A stretch of 58,373 nt of DNA, the filler included, from a bacterium (GTDB taxonomy: Bacteria > CLD3 > SB21), in NCBI GenBank assembly GCA_013360215.1. It is 3 parts of 3 records of this genome, joined end to end, with 100 filler letters (N's around TTAATTAATTAA, not from the genome) between each part and the next. Parts side by side here need not be neighbours in the genome. Positions count along the whole stretch, not along the records: positions 1 to 19,972 come from JABWCP010000037.1; 2 more parts are not named here. The stretch is one strand, 5' to 3'. How positions within the stretch are numbered: position 1 is the stretch's first letter; every line of letters begins with the position of its first letter. Shown here piece by piece: positions 10,334 to 19,874 of this stretch. The position numbers were made by a program, and so were the translations under genes. Under the pieces are notes generated by a model. That model was given only the letters and a program-made list of their open reading frames with translations, ran no database searches and was not told the DNA's origin.

Positions 10334-11029
10334 TTATGCGACGAATTCAGACATCGCGACGGCTCTGTGTATGATACGAGTCAACAACGTGTCTCTGCTA
10401 AAATGTGTTTCATTGATAATGGCGTCCGGTATTTGATGAATAATTGTCTTGAAGAGTTCGGGCGCATGTAATGCCGTATTATATTGTTTTTTGGAAATTG
10501 ACGGTACCTCAAATAAAACATGGTTATGGAAGAGCTCAAGAGTTTGTTTTACTCCCGGTTGAAATAAAGCCAACGCGCCATGATCAATGATCCATATTTT
10601 ATTATGGGTATCGCGAAGCAGATTATTTGCGCTGTTGGTTCTGTCCATATTCATAAAAAACAGGTCAATCGTATACAGAGCGGATACTAAAACCGGGTCC
10701 GCTAATAATTGATTATCAAACGCGATCGGAGAAGAGTCCGGTATATAGCTAATTCCAAGATTCCAGCCGAAACTTTTCTGAACGATGTCGTCAAACTCAT
10801 CGCTACCAAACGTCCAAGGCAAGTTATCCGGAATTTGTATCCATCGTGCGTCGGGTATGGGCCAACCCAATTGCGATGCGATGCGGGATACAATAAATTC
10901 AGAAACAAGGCTGATAGCGCCGTTACCGGAACCGCGCATTTTCAGGACGTAAGTCTGCGCGTTTTCCGTTTCGATCAAGGTTGGGAATGAACTGCCTCTA
11001 TATTGCTGTATAAATCGTTTAAGTTTCAA
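10334..11029 (-). CDS. HipA-like (PI3/4-kinase fold) protein kinase
   Basis: RGSSFP loop, YVLKMRG lysine, DLFFMNMDR...N...IIDHG catalytic motifs; TTG start uncertain. Confidence 0.8.
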   Translation of the reverse strand: MKLKRFIQQYRGSSFPTLIETENAQTYVLKMRGSGNGAISLVSEFIVSRIASQLGWPIPDARWIQIPDNLPWTFGSDEFDDIVQKSFGWNLGISYIPDSSPIAFDNQLLADPVLVSALYTIDLFFMNMDRTNSANNLLRDTHNKIWIIDHGALALFQPGVKQTLELFHNHVLFEVPSISKKQYNTALHAPELFKTIIHQIPDAIINETHFSRDTLLTRIIHRAVAMSEFVA

Positions 11030-11122
11030 AATTCATTGTCATGTTAAGATAAATATGCCAACGACAGGCTTGACGGGTGCCGTGGCATTGCTTGCTACAA
11101 AACTAAAAACAGTAATCTGATC

Positions 11123-11668
11123 TCAAATTTTTAGCATTCCCCGAAAGCCGCGTGCGGCGTAATACGACTCGGCGCCGTTGTGGTAGACAAAAACATGGTC
11201 GTAACGACGATCGCAGAATAGTGCACCGCCAAGTTTTCTGATTGGATCGGGTGTTTTTATCCAGCTGGAAGTTTTAGTGTCGAATTCGCCTAATTTTTGT
11301 AATTCCCTGTATGCTTCTTCGGTTAAGATGTCTATGCCCATGCGTGCAGCCACATCCATCGCGTTGTCTTTAGGTTTGTGTTCTTTGCGAGCGTCTAATG
11401 CTTCTTTATCATAGCATAGACTTCGACGTCCGGCGGGGCTTTCCGGCGCACAATCACAGAAAATATATTCGCCTGTTTTTTTATCAAAGCCTATGACATC
11501 CGGTTCACCTCCGGTTTCCTCCATCATTTGGAGAGGTTTTAATTTGCGTGCGTTTTTTTCCAATTTAGCGCAAATATCCGCCCATTTAAGGGTTTTGTGG
11601 CGATGCATATTTTGTGTAAAGCGCTTTTCCAACACATCCAAGAGTTGGGAGTGATTCTTTTTTGTCAT
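11123..11668 (-). CDS. DUF4256 family protein
   Basis: MEETGGEPDV, ESPAGRRSLCYD, GGALFCDRRY, YHNGAESYYAARGFRG. Confidence 0.88.
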   Translation of the reverse strand: MTKKNHSQLLDVLEKRFTQNMHRHKTLKWADICAKLEKNARKLKPLQMMEETGGEPDVIGFDKKTGEYIFCDCAPESPAGRRSLCYDKEALDARKEHKPKDNAMDVAARMGIDILTEEAYRELQKLGEFDTKTSSWIKTPDPIRKLGGALFCDRRYDHVFVYHNGAESYYAARGFRGMLKI

Positions 11669-11818
11669 TTTTTTTGGAGTTTAGTTTTTTAAAAATACGT
11701 TATAAAAATCCAATGAAATAACGGTTATCAATCGATTGATGATTCTATAAAAAATTTTGTACTAACTACAACAATAAATAATTTTTTAGGAAAAAAATTC
11801 AAGTAAGTTATCGAAGAA

Positions 11819-12298
11819 TTATATTGAAATTTTGATATGCTCTCGGCTTAATGAATGATGTGCAAAATCGTCCTCAACGCTGTATGCGCAGATGAGCCAA
11901 AGATGGCTGCCTTTAATAAATGATTTATGGTATTGATCGCTGGATTGGCAAGGCATTGAGAATTTCAGAATCGTACCGACATCATTTTCAAAACATAGCG
12001 TATGATCAATAGTGCTTTGAATTCTAAGTCCTTCTACCTTTTGATGTACGCCTATAGAGGAGACATATTGATCTTCGACAATGGTTTTGTCTCTAAAGTA
12101 AGCGCCCATAACTAAGTTGGAACCAATAATCTCATTTTTATCATTAAAACCAAGCGCTACCCATCCCTTTGTCGGTGCAAAAACCTCAAAAAAGACACGA
12201 TCATTTTTCAAATTCCATTTAATGTTCATGTTTCCTACAGAAATTTGCTTACAGGGCATTGTAAGTATAACCATTAGTAGAGTAGATAAATTTATCAT
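11819..12298 (-). CDS. DOMON domain protein
   Basis: APTKGWVALGF...GSNLVMG and DDFAHHS pattern; N-terminal hydrophobic stretch. Confidence 0.75.
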   Translation of the reverse strand: MINLSTLLMVILTMPCKQISVGNMNIKWNLKNDRVFFEVFAPTKGWVALGFNDKNEIIGSNLVMGAYFRDKTIVEDQYVSSIGVHQKVEGLRIQSTIDHTLCFENDVGTILKFSMPCQSSDQYHKSFIKGSHLWLICAYSVEDDFAHHSLSREHIKISI

Positions 12299-12714
12299 GG
12301 TTTAGAGATTTCATTAAGAACATCTGTAAAATTACTTTACCCCCAATGCTCTACATACTGACCGTTATTTAAACGAATAATATCTATTATATTTATTTCG
12401 ACTTCTTTTTGTGATGCCACTATTCCGAAAATTTCACCGGTATGTTTTCCTTTTATTTTTTTTCTAGTAGCAACCAAGTCCCCTTCAGCAATCTGGTCAA
12501 GAATTTCAACTTTTAGGTCTGAAAAACCTTTATGTAAAATATTATTGATAAAAAAATCAAAACTGGCCTTACCATTGGGTGCATTCGGCGGAGCAGAATG
12601 GTTAATAACTTGTTCGGATAACAATTGATCGAAAGAACTTTTGCTGGCGATTTCGATACACTCTTTGTTAAATTTTTGAACAATTGTTTTGTTAAGTTCC
12701 GACTGGTTTTTCAT
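12295..12714 (-). pseudogene. SnoaL-like ester cyclase with probable premature TAA at 12337-12339
   Basis: QIAEGDLVATR...GKHTGEIFG...EHWG; the frame stays open 13 codons past TAA to a TGA overlapping the next ATG. Confidence 0.65.
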
Positions 12715-12811
12715 AATAACCCCTTTTTTTTTGAACAATCATTGTGCACAAAAATAAGGTTTTATAAAAAGAAGAGTTAGGCCAACCGGCTCAATTCCTA
12801 TTCCTATGAGT

Positions 12812-13675
12812 TCATTTAGATGAAAAATAATTTTTAGGTGAAAATCCAAAATGTTTTTTAAAAGCTTTGGTGAAACCGGTATGAGTTTCAAAACCGAGTT
12901 GAAACCAGATATCGCTGGGCTTTGTTTTTTCGACCGTAAGCATGTGTACAGCTTTGTCCATTTTTCTTCTTAAAAGCCATGCATTGGGGGATATTCCGTA
13001 TATTTTTTGGAAATGGCGTTTAAATGTAGATAAACTCAGATTGCACAAAAAGGACAGTTCATGAAGCGTGAGATTGTTTAAAGCGTTTGACTCCATCACG
13101 CTTCGGATCGTCATTTCAACTTGAGTGATGGATTCGGTCGTTTTAAAATTTAAGAAATTACGGGTATGATGCTCAAGCAGGTAAAGCAAAAGTTCTCTTA
13201 ATTTCAATTGCTTCATTGATTCAGATAGAGTTCCATGTTTTTTTAAACTTAGTAGAAGGGAGTTTATATAGTTAATTATAAAGTCGTCTTTTCTAAAAGA
13301 AACATAAGGACTGCTCTGAATTCGAAGATTTTTCTTTAACGTATTTATTACACTCGCATATGTTACACAGAAATCAGCCAATTCTTCCCGGCTGAAAAAA
13401 ATCAAAACACTTTCAAAGGGTCCTTGGCTTGAAATGTCAATTGTTGCAATACAATTGCCGGTCGTAAGCATATGGATTTCATTTTCATTCGCGTGAACAG
13501 TTTTTTCTGAAAAATACATGGTTTTATGTCCGCGTATGACCAGACTAATTGCATTCATTGTCAAAACGGATCGTTCTTTGATGCTATTTGTTTGAGCAAG
13601 GTAATGATGCATGATAACCGAACTTCGATTTTCGGATCCGCGGGAATTTTTTTGTGGAAGACTTATAGTTTTCAT
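12812..13675 (-). CDS. AraC family transcriptional regulator
   Basis: C-terminal double HTH (LSLSTFKRHF...LGFETHTGFTKAFKKHFGFSP). Confidence 0.92.
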   Translation of the reverse strand: MKTISLPQKNSRGSENRSSVIMHHYLAQTNSIKERSVLTMNAISLVIRGHKTMYFSEKTVHANENEIHMLTTGNCIATIDISSQGPFESVLIFFSREELADFCVTYASVINTLKKNLRIQSSPYVSFRKDDFIINYINSLLLSLKKHGTLSESMKQLKLRELLLYLLEHHTRNFLNFKTTESITQVEMTIRSVMESNALNNLTLHELSFLCNLSLSTFKRHFQKIYGISPNAWLLRRKMDKAVHMLTVEKTKPSDIWFQLGFETHTGFTKAFKKHFGFSPKNYFSSK

Positions 13676-13808
13676 GAATGATTTTTATAAATGCAGTTTT
13701 TTTCTAAAAATTAGATTCAATCCATGGCGATATGAATACTTATTAAAAAAAGGAATTGGTATGAAAAGCAATGGTCATTCACTCTTAAAGATAGTTAATC
13801 ATTATTAT

Positions 13809-14327
13809 TTATAGCTTTTTCATCATCAGAATATCGGTTTGTATATCATCACCCAAACGAAAGGGATGCGAGCCAAACGCGACAAATCCGAGCTTATTAT
13901 AAAATGCAATAGCGTTATCATTCTTTTCCCACACGCCCAACCAAACATGATCTGCTTTTGATTCTCGTGCTATATGCATTGCTTTTTCGTACAGGGAAAG
14001 CCCGACTTTTTTTCCTTGAAAATCGCGTCGCACATAAATTCTTTCGATTTCTAACGAATAAATATTTTTTGTTTCGGCTGACGATGGGCGGAGGTTTATT
14101 TTTACATAACCGACGATATCGTGTCCTGATTTGGCAAAATAAAACCGGGAATGAACATCACGCAATTCATCGGTAAGACGTTCAATTGAAAATGATTCGT
14201 CCAGATATTTCTGCATGTTTTCTTTTGTGTTTTGCTCGGAAAAAGTCTCATAAAACGTTTGACGGCTGATAAGTGTCAGTTTTTCTGCATCCTCCGGTAT
14301 CGCTCTGACAATAATCACTTTATCCAT
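13809..14327 (-). CDS. GNAT N-acetyltransferase (PaiA-like)
   Basis: LEIERIYV...FQGKKVG, VWLGVWEKN...AIAFY; start placed at ATG 14327. Confidence 0.88.
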   Translation of the reverse strand: MDKVIIVRAIPEDAEKLTLISRQTFYETFSEQNTKENMQKYLDESFSIERLTDELRDVHSRFYFAKSGHDIVGYVKINLRPSSAETKNIYSLEIERIYVRRDFQGKKVGLSLYEKAMHIARESKADHVWLGVWEKNDNAIAFYNKLGFVAFGSHPFRLGDDIQTDILMMKKL

Positions 14328-14351
14328 GAATACATTTTTGAAGTTTAATAA

Positions 14352-14383
14352 CAAAGCCTATTCGTTGGAACGAATAGGCTTTG
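14352..14383 (-). terminator. Hairpin after gnd
   Basis: Perfect inverted repeat CAAAGCCTATTCGTT-GG-AACGAATAGGCTTTG. Confidence 0.65.
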
Positions 14384-14405
14384 GGTAACGCGCTATATTA
14401 AAAAA

Positions 14406-15302
14406 TTATTTTTTAACTTCGTGACCGCCGAATTGGTTGCGCATCATAGCGAGCATTTTAGCCGCAAAGCTTTCCGGTTGGCGAGAGTGGAAACGCTCGA
14501 AAAGAGACAGTGTAATGATGGGTGCAGGTACGTCTTTCTCCATCGCTTCGAGGATAGTCCATCGGCCTTCGCCGGAGTCGGCCACCCAACCTTTGATACC
14601 GTCGAGCGTCGGATTTTTTTTGAGCCCTTCGGCGGTGAGTTCGAGAAGCCATGAGCGTACCACAGAACCTTGCATCCACAGATCGGCAATGCGTGCAATA
14701 TCCAGTTTATATTCAGATGCTTTCATAATTTCAAAACCTTCGGCATAGGCTTGCATCATACCGTATTCGATTCCATTGTGAACCATTTTTACCATGTGGC
14801 CACTGCCATGTGCGCCCATGTGCGCCCAACCGTTATTGGGCGGCGCAAGTGTCGTCAGGATCGGTGAAAGGAAATCCACATCGGCTTTATTACCGCCGAC
14901 CATCATGCAGTAACCGTTTTGCAGGCCCCATACGCCGCCGCTGGTACCAACATCCACATAACAAATACCTTTGGCTTCGAGTTCCTTGGCACGGCGTACA
15001 TCGTCTTTATAGTACGAATTACCACCGTCAATAATGATGTCTCCTTTGCCGAGAATGTTAGCCAGTTTGGCGACGGTATCTTCTGTAGGCTTGCCCGCAG
15101 GAACCATGATCCATACCGCTTTACGGCCTTTGAGCTTTCCCACAAGGTCTTCATAGGAAGAAGCGCCGGTCATTCCTTTTTCTGTAAGGCCTTTCACGAC
15201 ATCGGGATTGAGGTCGTAACCGACGATTTCATGTTTATCGCGCATCAGGCGCTGTACCATAAAACCGCCCATTTTTCCAAGGCCGATAAATCCGAGTTGC
15301 AT
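14406..15302 (-). CDS. gnd: 6-phosphogluconate dehydrogenase, decarboxylating (short YqeC type)
   Basis: GLGKMG, IDGGNS, GTSGGVWG, KMVHNGIEYG, DSGEGRW, RNQFGGH. Confidence 0.95.
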   Translation of the reverse strand: MQLGFIGLGKMGGFMVQRLMRDKHEIVGYDLNPDVVKGLTEKGMTGASSYEDLVGKLKGRKAVWIMVPAGKPTEDTVAKLANILGKGDIIIDGGNSYYKDDVRRAKELEAKGICYVDVGTSGGVWGLQNGYCMMVGGNKADVDFLSPILTTLAPPNNGWAHMGAHGSGHMVKMVHNGIEYGMMQAYAEGFEIMKASEYKLDIARIADLWMQGSVVRSWLLELTAEGLKKNPTLDGIKGWVADSGEGRWTILEAMEKDVPAPIITLSLFERFHSRQPESFAAKMLAMMRNQFGGHEVKK

Positions 15303-15511
15303 AAAATACCTCCGGTAAAAAATTGGTGGACTATAAAACGTTCAACGAATGATTTCAGTAGTTGTGGAAAGGCGCATGAATTTGATCAAAAGCGCAGATA
15401 AATGCAAAATGTTTTATGGTTGAACTGATACTGTTCTGACTCAATTAAAAAATAGTGCGGCTCAATGTTTTTTGAAACTTGACGGGTGCAGAGATTTTTG
15501 ATCGTGGGATA

Positions 15512-16153
15512 TTATTTTTTGTCATGTGATGCAATCGCCTCTACAACCTTACGAATAGTATCTGTATCAAAGCCGCGTTGTTGCAAAAATGCTGAAAGTT
15601 TAATCTGTTTTTTACGTTGATCGCTTTCGCGAATCGTTGCATACTTTTTTTCTGCTAACCGTAAAACCGACGGAAGATCGCTATCAGGTACAAATTTTTG
15701 CATTACCTGCCGAATCAAGTCCGGAGCGATTCCTTTTTTATTCAGTTCGTATGCCAAGGCGCGTTCACCCATAGCTTTTTTGCGTAGGCGGGACTGTGCA
15801 AATCGCATCGCAAAATCCAAATCATCTATGTATTTCTCTTCACTCAGTTTTTCCAGTACGGACGTTATGGTTTCATCATTATATCCTTCGCGGTGCAAAC
15901 GATTTGAAATTTCTTCGCGACTTCGCGGGCGAAGACTGAGCCAACGCAGCGCGGCGGTCGTGGCGCGCCGTGTGCTATCCCAAAGCTGAATGCTGCTCCA
16001 TTGTTTTTCATCAAGATCGGAGTCGTCATATATTCCAAATTTCACCAAGGTTTCGTAGAGTAATTCATATGAATCACCTTCTTCTGTCAAAACACAAACC
16101 GTTGCCGATTGATTACGTTTGACTTTCTTTTGTTGTATCGAAGCGATTTTCAT
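15512..16153 (-). CDS. recX: RecX regulatory protein
   Basis: ALRWLSLRPRSREEI, YIDDLDFA, ELNKKGI, FLQQRGF. Confidence 0.9.
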   Translation of the reverse strand: MKIASIQQKKVKRNQSATVCVLTEEGDSYELLYETLVKFGIYDDSDLDEKQWSSIQLWDSTRRATTAALRWLSLRPRSREEISNRLHREGYNDETITSVLEKLSEEKYIDDLDFAMRFAQSRLRKKAMGERALAYELNKKGIAPDLIRQVMQKFVPDSDLPSVLRLAEKKYATIRESDQRKKQIKLSAFLQQRGFDTDTIRKVVEAIASHDKK

Positions 16154-16761
16154 GTGAATTTTATTTGGAATAGGGGTTTGTATTGCGCTCCCTGACGCTG
16201 TAATACGCTTTCATAAAGAGTCAGCGTCGGCATGCCCCACTCCGTTTCACCGATAAATTGATTGATGGCATTTTGCTGTGCAAGGTGGGCGGAAGGCCAA
16301 TCACGCAATCTAGCCAAAGTGGCGTGGGGAATAAATTTTTTATCTTCCGTTGTCAAACCAAGGGCATTGAGCCGAATGCAAATTTTGTTTTGCAAACTTT
16401 CGATGGTCGATGATTTTTTAAAACCAATCCATAAAACTTTGGGATTTCCTTTTGTCGAAAAAAAACCAAGGTGTGTGGCGACTAAATAAAAGGAACCTGC
16501 TTCATTCAGATCCGATAGACCGCGTGTGATTTTGGGTATAGCAACCCGATTTATCTCACCGAGAAGAGCCAACGTGATATGAATATTGGTCGGATTTACC
16601 CACGCGATGCGTGCGTCGTTAAATAAGGGTCTTAAACGCCTCTGTTGTTCTGAAAAAAAGGAAAAGGCTTCGTTAGGAAAATCGAGCGCAATGAATGCGC
16701 GGATAGTTTCATTTTTCAACGATGCTGTAATTGAGTTGTTCTTTACTTTTGATCGTATCAC
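16150..16761 (-). CDS. thpR: RNA 2',3'-cyclic phosphodiesterase (2H family)
   Basis: RAFIAL, two HxT motifs (HITL, PHATLAR), LYES; true start may be slightly downstream. Confidence 0.88.
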   Translation of the reverse strand: MIRSKVKNNSITASLKNETIRAFIALDFPNEAFSFFSEQQRRLRPLFNDARIAWVNPTNIHITLALLGEINRVAIPKITRGLSDLNEAGSFYLVATHLGFFSTKGNPKVLWIGFKKSSTIESLQNKICIRLNALGLTTEDKKFIPHATLARLRDWPSAHLAQQNAINQFIGETEWGMPTLTLYESVLQRQGAQYKPLFQIKFT

Positions 16762-17425
16762 CGGCTTTTTTAGCGTCTTCGCGCGTAGCGTACGCGCCGA
16801 CCCATACCAGAATCAAATTTTTCCCGTTAACTGTTTTCTCTGAAAATTCAATCGGAGTGTATCCTTTTGCTGTCAGTTTTTGTTTTAACTCTTGCGCGTT
16901 TTTTTGATCGGAAAAAGCGCCAACCTGCAATCGGAATTTTTTCCCGGCGTTTATTTCCGTAGGGCGCACTGTATCGCTCGGGGCCGTCATGATGGCTTGT
17001 GTTGCTTCGTCGGATTTGGCCGCCGGAAAAAGTGTTTCTGCCGACTTAATGCATGATGAACCGGGATAATCCGTTCGTAGTTTAATCAAATTATCCTGCG
17101 CCAACGCATAACGGCCGGCCGCCGCGTCGTATTGGATCATACGATGATATGCTTCCGGTGCGAAAATATTTTTCGGATAGTCGCGAACAAAACGGAGATA
17201 AACCGCATACGCGGCAGCGCCATCGGTTTCATATGTGTTTTTGAGAAAAATCGCCTCGGGTGCTTTGGGAAATTTTTTTTCCATTTCCGCAATGAGCGTT
17301 TTAAGCGAATCAGTTTGTTCGCGCTCCCATAAGCCGATATACTTTTTTAGCCCCGGATCGCTCATGGTTTGGCCCGACACCGGGATAACATGCAGTAACA
17401 AAAATATGATAATCCAATTATGCAC
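16709..17425 (-). CDS. Exported TPR-like + SPOR domain protein
   Basis: Signal peptide; helical YP repeats; FRLQVGAFS...NA...VWVGAY. Confidence 0.8.
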   Translation of the reverse strand: MHNWIIIFLLLHVIPVSGQTMSDPGLKKYIGLWEREQTDSLKTLIAEMEKKFPKAPEAIFLKNTYETDGAAAYAVYLRFVRDYPKNIFAPEAYHRMIQYDAAAGRYALAQDNLIKLRTDYPGSSCIKSAETLFPAAKSDEATQAIMTAPSDTVRPTEINAGKKFRLQVGAFSDQKNAQELKQKLTAKGYTPIEFSEKTVNGKNLILVWVGAYATREDAKKAGDTIKSKEQLNYSIVEK

Positions 17426-17927
17426 TTGGTGTACTCCGCTTAGCTTTTATAAGATAGATGGAAATACCAATGATAAGTGTCAAAATCAAAAGAAAAATAG
17501 ATACCACTCCGGCCGGATTTTGATCTATGTGGCCTGACAAAGCCGATTGTACCACGATATATGTTAACCACCACATAAGAAAGAGCGCATTAAGTTTTAT
17601 CAATGCCAAACTCATGCGCGTAATTCTAACGTTGCGGTGAATCAACATCGGTAAAGTGTCGCCGGGTTTCGGATGCAAAAAGGAAAGCGCTGTCAATGGG
17701 ATGTATATTATAAGAACCGATAATGCAGGCAGAAGCCATAATGTATGTTTGGAGCCCCAATTGTCAGGATAACCCGACCAATCAAAATGAATGGCGATGC
17801 TTTCGGGTAATTGTTGAATATGGCCCATGACCAAAACAAAGGAGGCAGCGACGACAGCGATGCAAATTACTTCGATCCACTTTTCGTAAGAACTTCGAGG
17901 CATCGTTATATTGACGCGGCTCGTCAC
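17418..17927 (-). CDS. DUF1648/SdpI-like membrane protein
   Basis: LPESIAIHFDWSGYPDNWGSK motif; four TM helices. Confidence 0.8.
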   Translation of the reverse strand: MTSRVNITMPRSSYEKWIEVICIAVVAASFVLVMGHIQQLPESIAIHFDWSGYPDNWGSKHTLWLLPALSVLIIYIPLTALSFLHPKPGDTLPMLIHRNVRITRMSLALIKLNALFLMWWLTYIVVQSALSGHIDQNPAGVVSIFLLILTLIIGISIYLIKAKRSTPSA

Positions 17928-17932
17928 GGTAT

Positions 17933-19744
17933 CTACGGATCGCTTAATACTGCAATAGCTGCAGCACCCGGGCCGGCGTGGGTTGCGATGACGGTAGATA
18001 CATCGGTGATCAGGATATCATCGCGATCAATTTCATAATACCGGCTTAATTGCGTTGCATACCAATCGGCAATACCGATTGAGTTAGCGTGAGCGATACC
18101 AAAACGCGGTTTTTTTCTGTTTTTGGTGGTTGCTTTGACAAGGTCCATCACTTTACGCAGGGCATTGGAGTGACCGAAAGCCTTGGCGATGGGTACCACG
18201 GCGCCATCTTGTACAGTTAGCACTGGGCGAATGTTTAATAATTTGGCGATGGCTCCGCGTGCTTTACTTACGCGGCCGCCTTTGATGAGATAGTCCATGG
18301 TCTGCACGCTGATAAATACTTTCATGTTATTGCGGCAGTACTCCAGATGCTGAATGATTTTTTCAACCGGCGCGTTTTCGCGAATCATCGGCTCGATTTC
18401 TCGCACCATGACTCCGATACCGACGGATGCGCTCATCGAATCAAAACAAAATATTTTATCTTGGGCTACCTGACGTGCCATACTGAGGGCGCCTTGATAC
18501 GTGCCGCTGAGTTTGGATGAAAGGTGAATGGAAATTACGTTTTTGTAAATTTGTAAAAGGCGTTCGTACGATTCTTTAAATTTAGCCGGCGTCGGTTGCG
18601 AAGATTTGGGATGATCCGGTGAAGACGTCAATTTTTCATAAAATTTCTTCGGTGTCAAAGTAAGGCGGTCTATATAAATCTGTTCACCAAAATGTACATT
18701 GAGTGGAATGACATGAATGTGATTTCGACGGATATATTCGAGCGGGAGATCGCAGCACGAATCGATGGCAATCGCCGTGTCTTGAACATTCTCGGAGTGC
18801 GCATTGAGAAACTGCTGTTTCATATCGTCTATTTTGGTAGAAATCACGTGTCCATGATCGGCTAATACTTCAAATACGTCTTCCGGCGTATTGGAGTGCA
18901 AATGGATTTTGACTTTTTTGGTTGAGCCGGCCACAATCAGGGAATCGCCGAACTGGTTGAGACTTTCGCGGATTTTTTCGCGATCCATGTTTTCGCCGAC
19001 AAGCAGACATTCGGTACAAAACTGATACGTGATTTCTTCAAAGGCATGCTCATCAATGTGCGCTTCCATCGCTTCGTCTTCGGTTTCAGATAAACCTTGA
19101 CGCTTGATATCGGAAATGCGTCCGTTTTCTATGAAGTCCAGCACGCCTTCGAGCATGGTCACAAATCCTTGCGCGCCCGCATCCACTACACCGGCTTTCG
19201 CTAAGGCGGCCATTTGTTTAGGCGTATTGGCGAGCGACTGTTTGGCATCGGCAAGGCTTTCACGGAATAATTCGGAAAAATCATCCGTTTTATCGGCGTT
19301 TTTTTCTACGGATTTTCCCCAGTCGCGTATGACGGAGAGTATGGTGCCTTCGACCGGATTGGAAATCGCACTCCATGCGGATTTTGTTGCTTTTTGCACG
19401 GCATCAGAAAATTTTTTGGTCGTGCATTTGGCGCTGCCTTGCAATCCTTCATTCATGCCTTGAAAAAACTGCGCCATGATCACACCGCTATTGCCGCGCG
19501 CGCCCATCAGAGCCGAATCAGCCAACACGATCGCCATCGAATCAATCTCATGCAATTCTTCTTTTTCGACCGTCTCTGCGATGTTTTTCAATGTGGACGC
19601 CATATTGGTGCCCGTATCGCCGTCAGGAACCGGAAACACATTGATGTTATTGAGATATTCTTTTTTGTTGATAACGTGATTGCATCCGGCGATCACGGAG
19701 CGTTTGAGGCGAATGCCGTCTAAATACTTGATTTTGAGTCTCAA
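17933..19744 (-). CDS. DAK2 (FakA-like)-DegV (FakB-like) fusion, putative fatty acid kinase
   Basis: INVFPVPDGDTGTNM, GARGNSG, VVDAGAQG; then KSSQP, SSKLSGTY, LIKGGR, HAGPG; start reassigned to TTG 19744 behind AGGAGG. Confidence 0.9.
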   Translation of the reverse strand: MRLKIKYLDGIRLKRSVIAGCNHVINKKEYLNNINVFPVPDGDTGTNMASTLKNIAETVEKEELHEIDSMAIVLADSALMGARGNSGVIMAQFFQGMNEGLQGSAKCTTKKFSDAVQKATKSAWSAISNPVEGTILSVIRDWGKSVEKNADKTDDFSELFRESLADAKQSLANTPKQMAALAKAGVVDAGAQGFVTMLEGVLDFIENGRISDIKRQGLSETEDEAMEAHIDEHAFEEITYQFCTECLLVGENMDREKIRESLNQFGDSLIVAGSTKKVKIHLHSNTPEDVFEVLADHGHVISTKIDDMKQQFLNAHSENVQDTAIAIDSCCDLPLEYIRRNHIHVIPLNVHFGEQIYIDRLTLTPKKFYEKLTSSPDHPKSSQPTPAKFKESYERLLQIYKNVISIHLSSKLSGTYQGALSMARQVAQDKIFCFDSMSASVGIGVMVREIEPMIRENAPVEKIIQHLEYCRNNMKVFISVQTMDYLIKGGRVSKARGAIAKLLNIRPVLTVQDGAVVPIAKAFGHSNALRKVMDLVKATTKNRKKPRFGIAHANSIGIADWYATQLSRYYEIDRDDILITDVSTVIATHAGPGAAAIAVLSDP

Positions 19745-19826
19745 AATATCCTCCTGTAGTCGGTATGAACAAGCCGGAACGCTGATTTGAATGGATTGAA
19801 GCGTTCCAAATGGAAGTGCAGTCAAA

Positions 19827-19855
19827 AAATTAGATTAAAGGCCAATGAAAGTCAA
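19827..19855 (-). promoter_or_regulatory. Sigma70-type promoter of the DAK2-DegV operon
   Basis: TTGACT (19855-19850)-N17-TAATTT (19832-19827). Confidence 0.7.
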
Positions 19856-19874
19856 GCAATTGTAAATAATGTCA

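Noticed and set aside
10101-10436. 111-aa plus-strand ORF as antitoxin of the HipA-like kinase
   Set aside because: Opposite strand, overlaps the kinase 3' end, and has no recognisable motif or RBS.
19745-19825. Extended TTG start of the DAK2-DegV ORF
   Set aside because: It begins right beside the -10 box; a strong AGGAGG supports TTG 19744.
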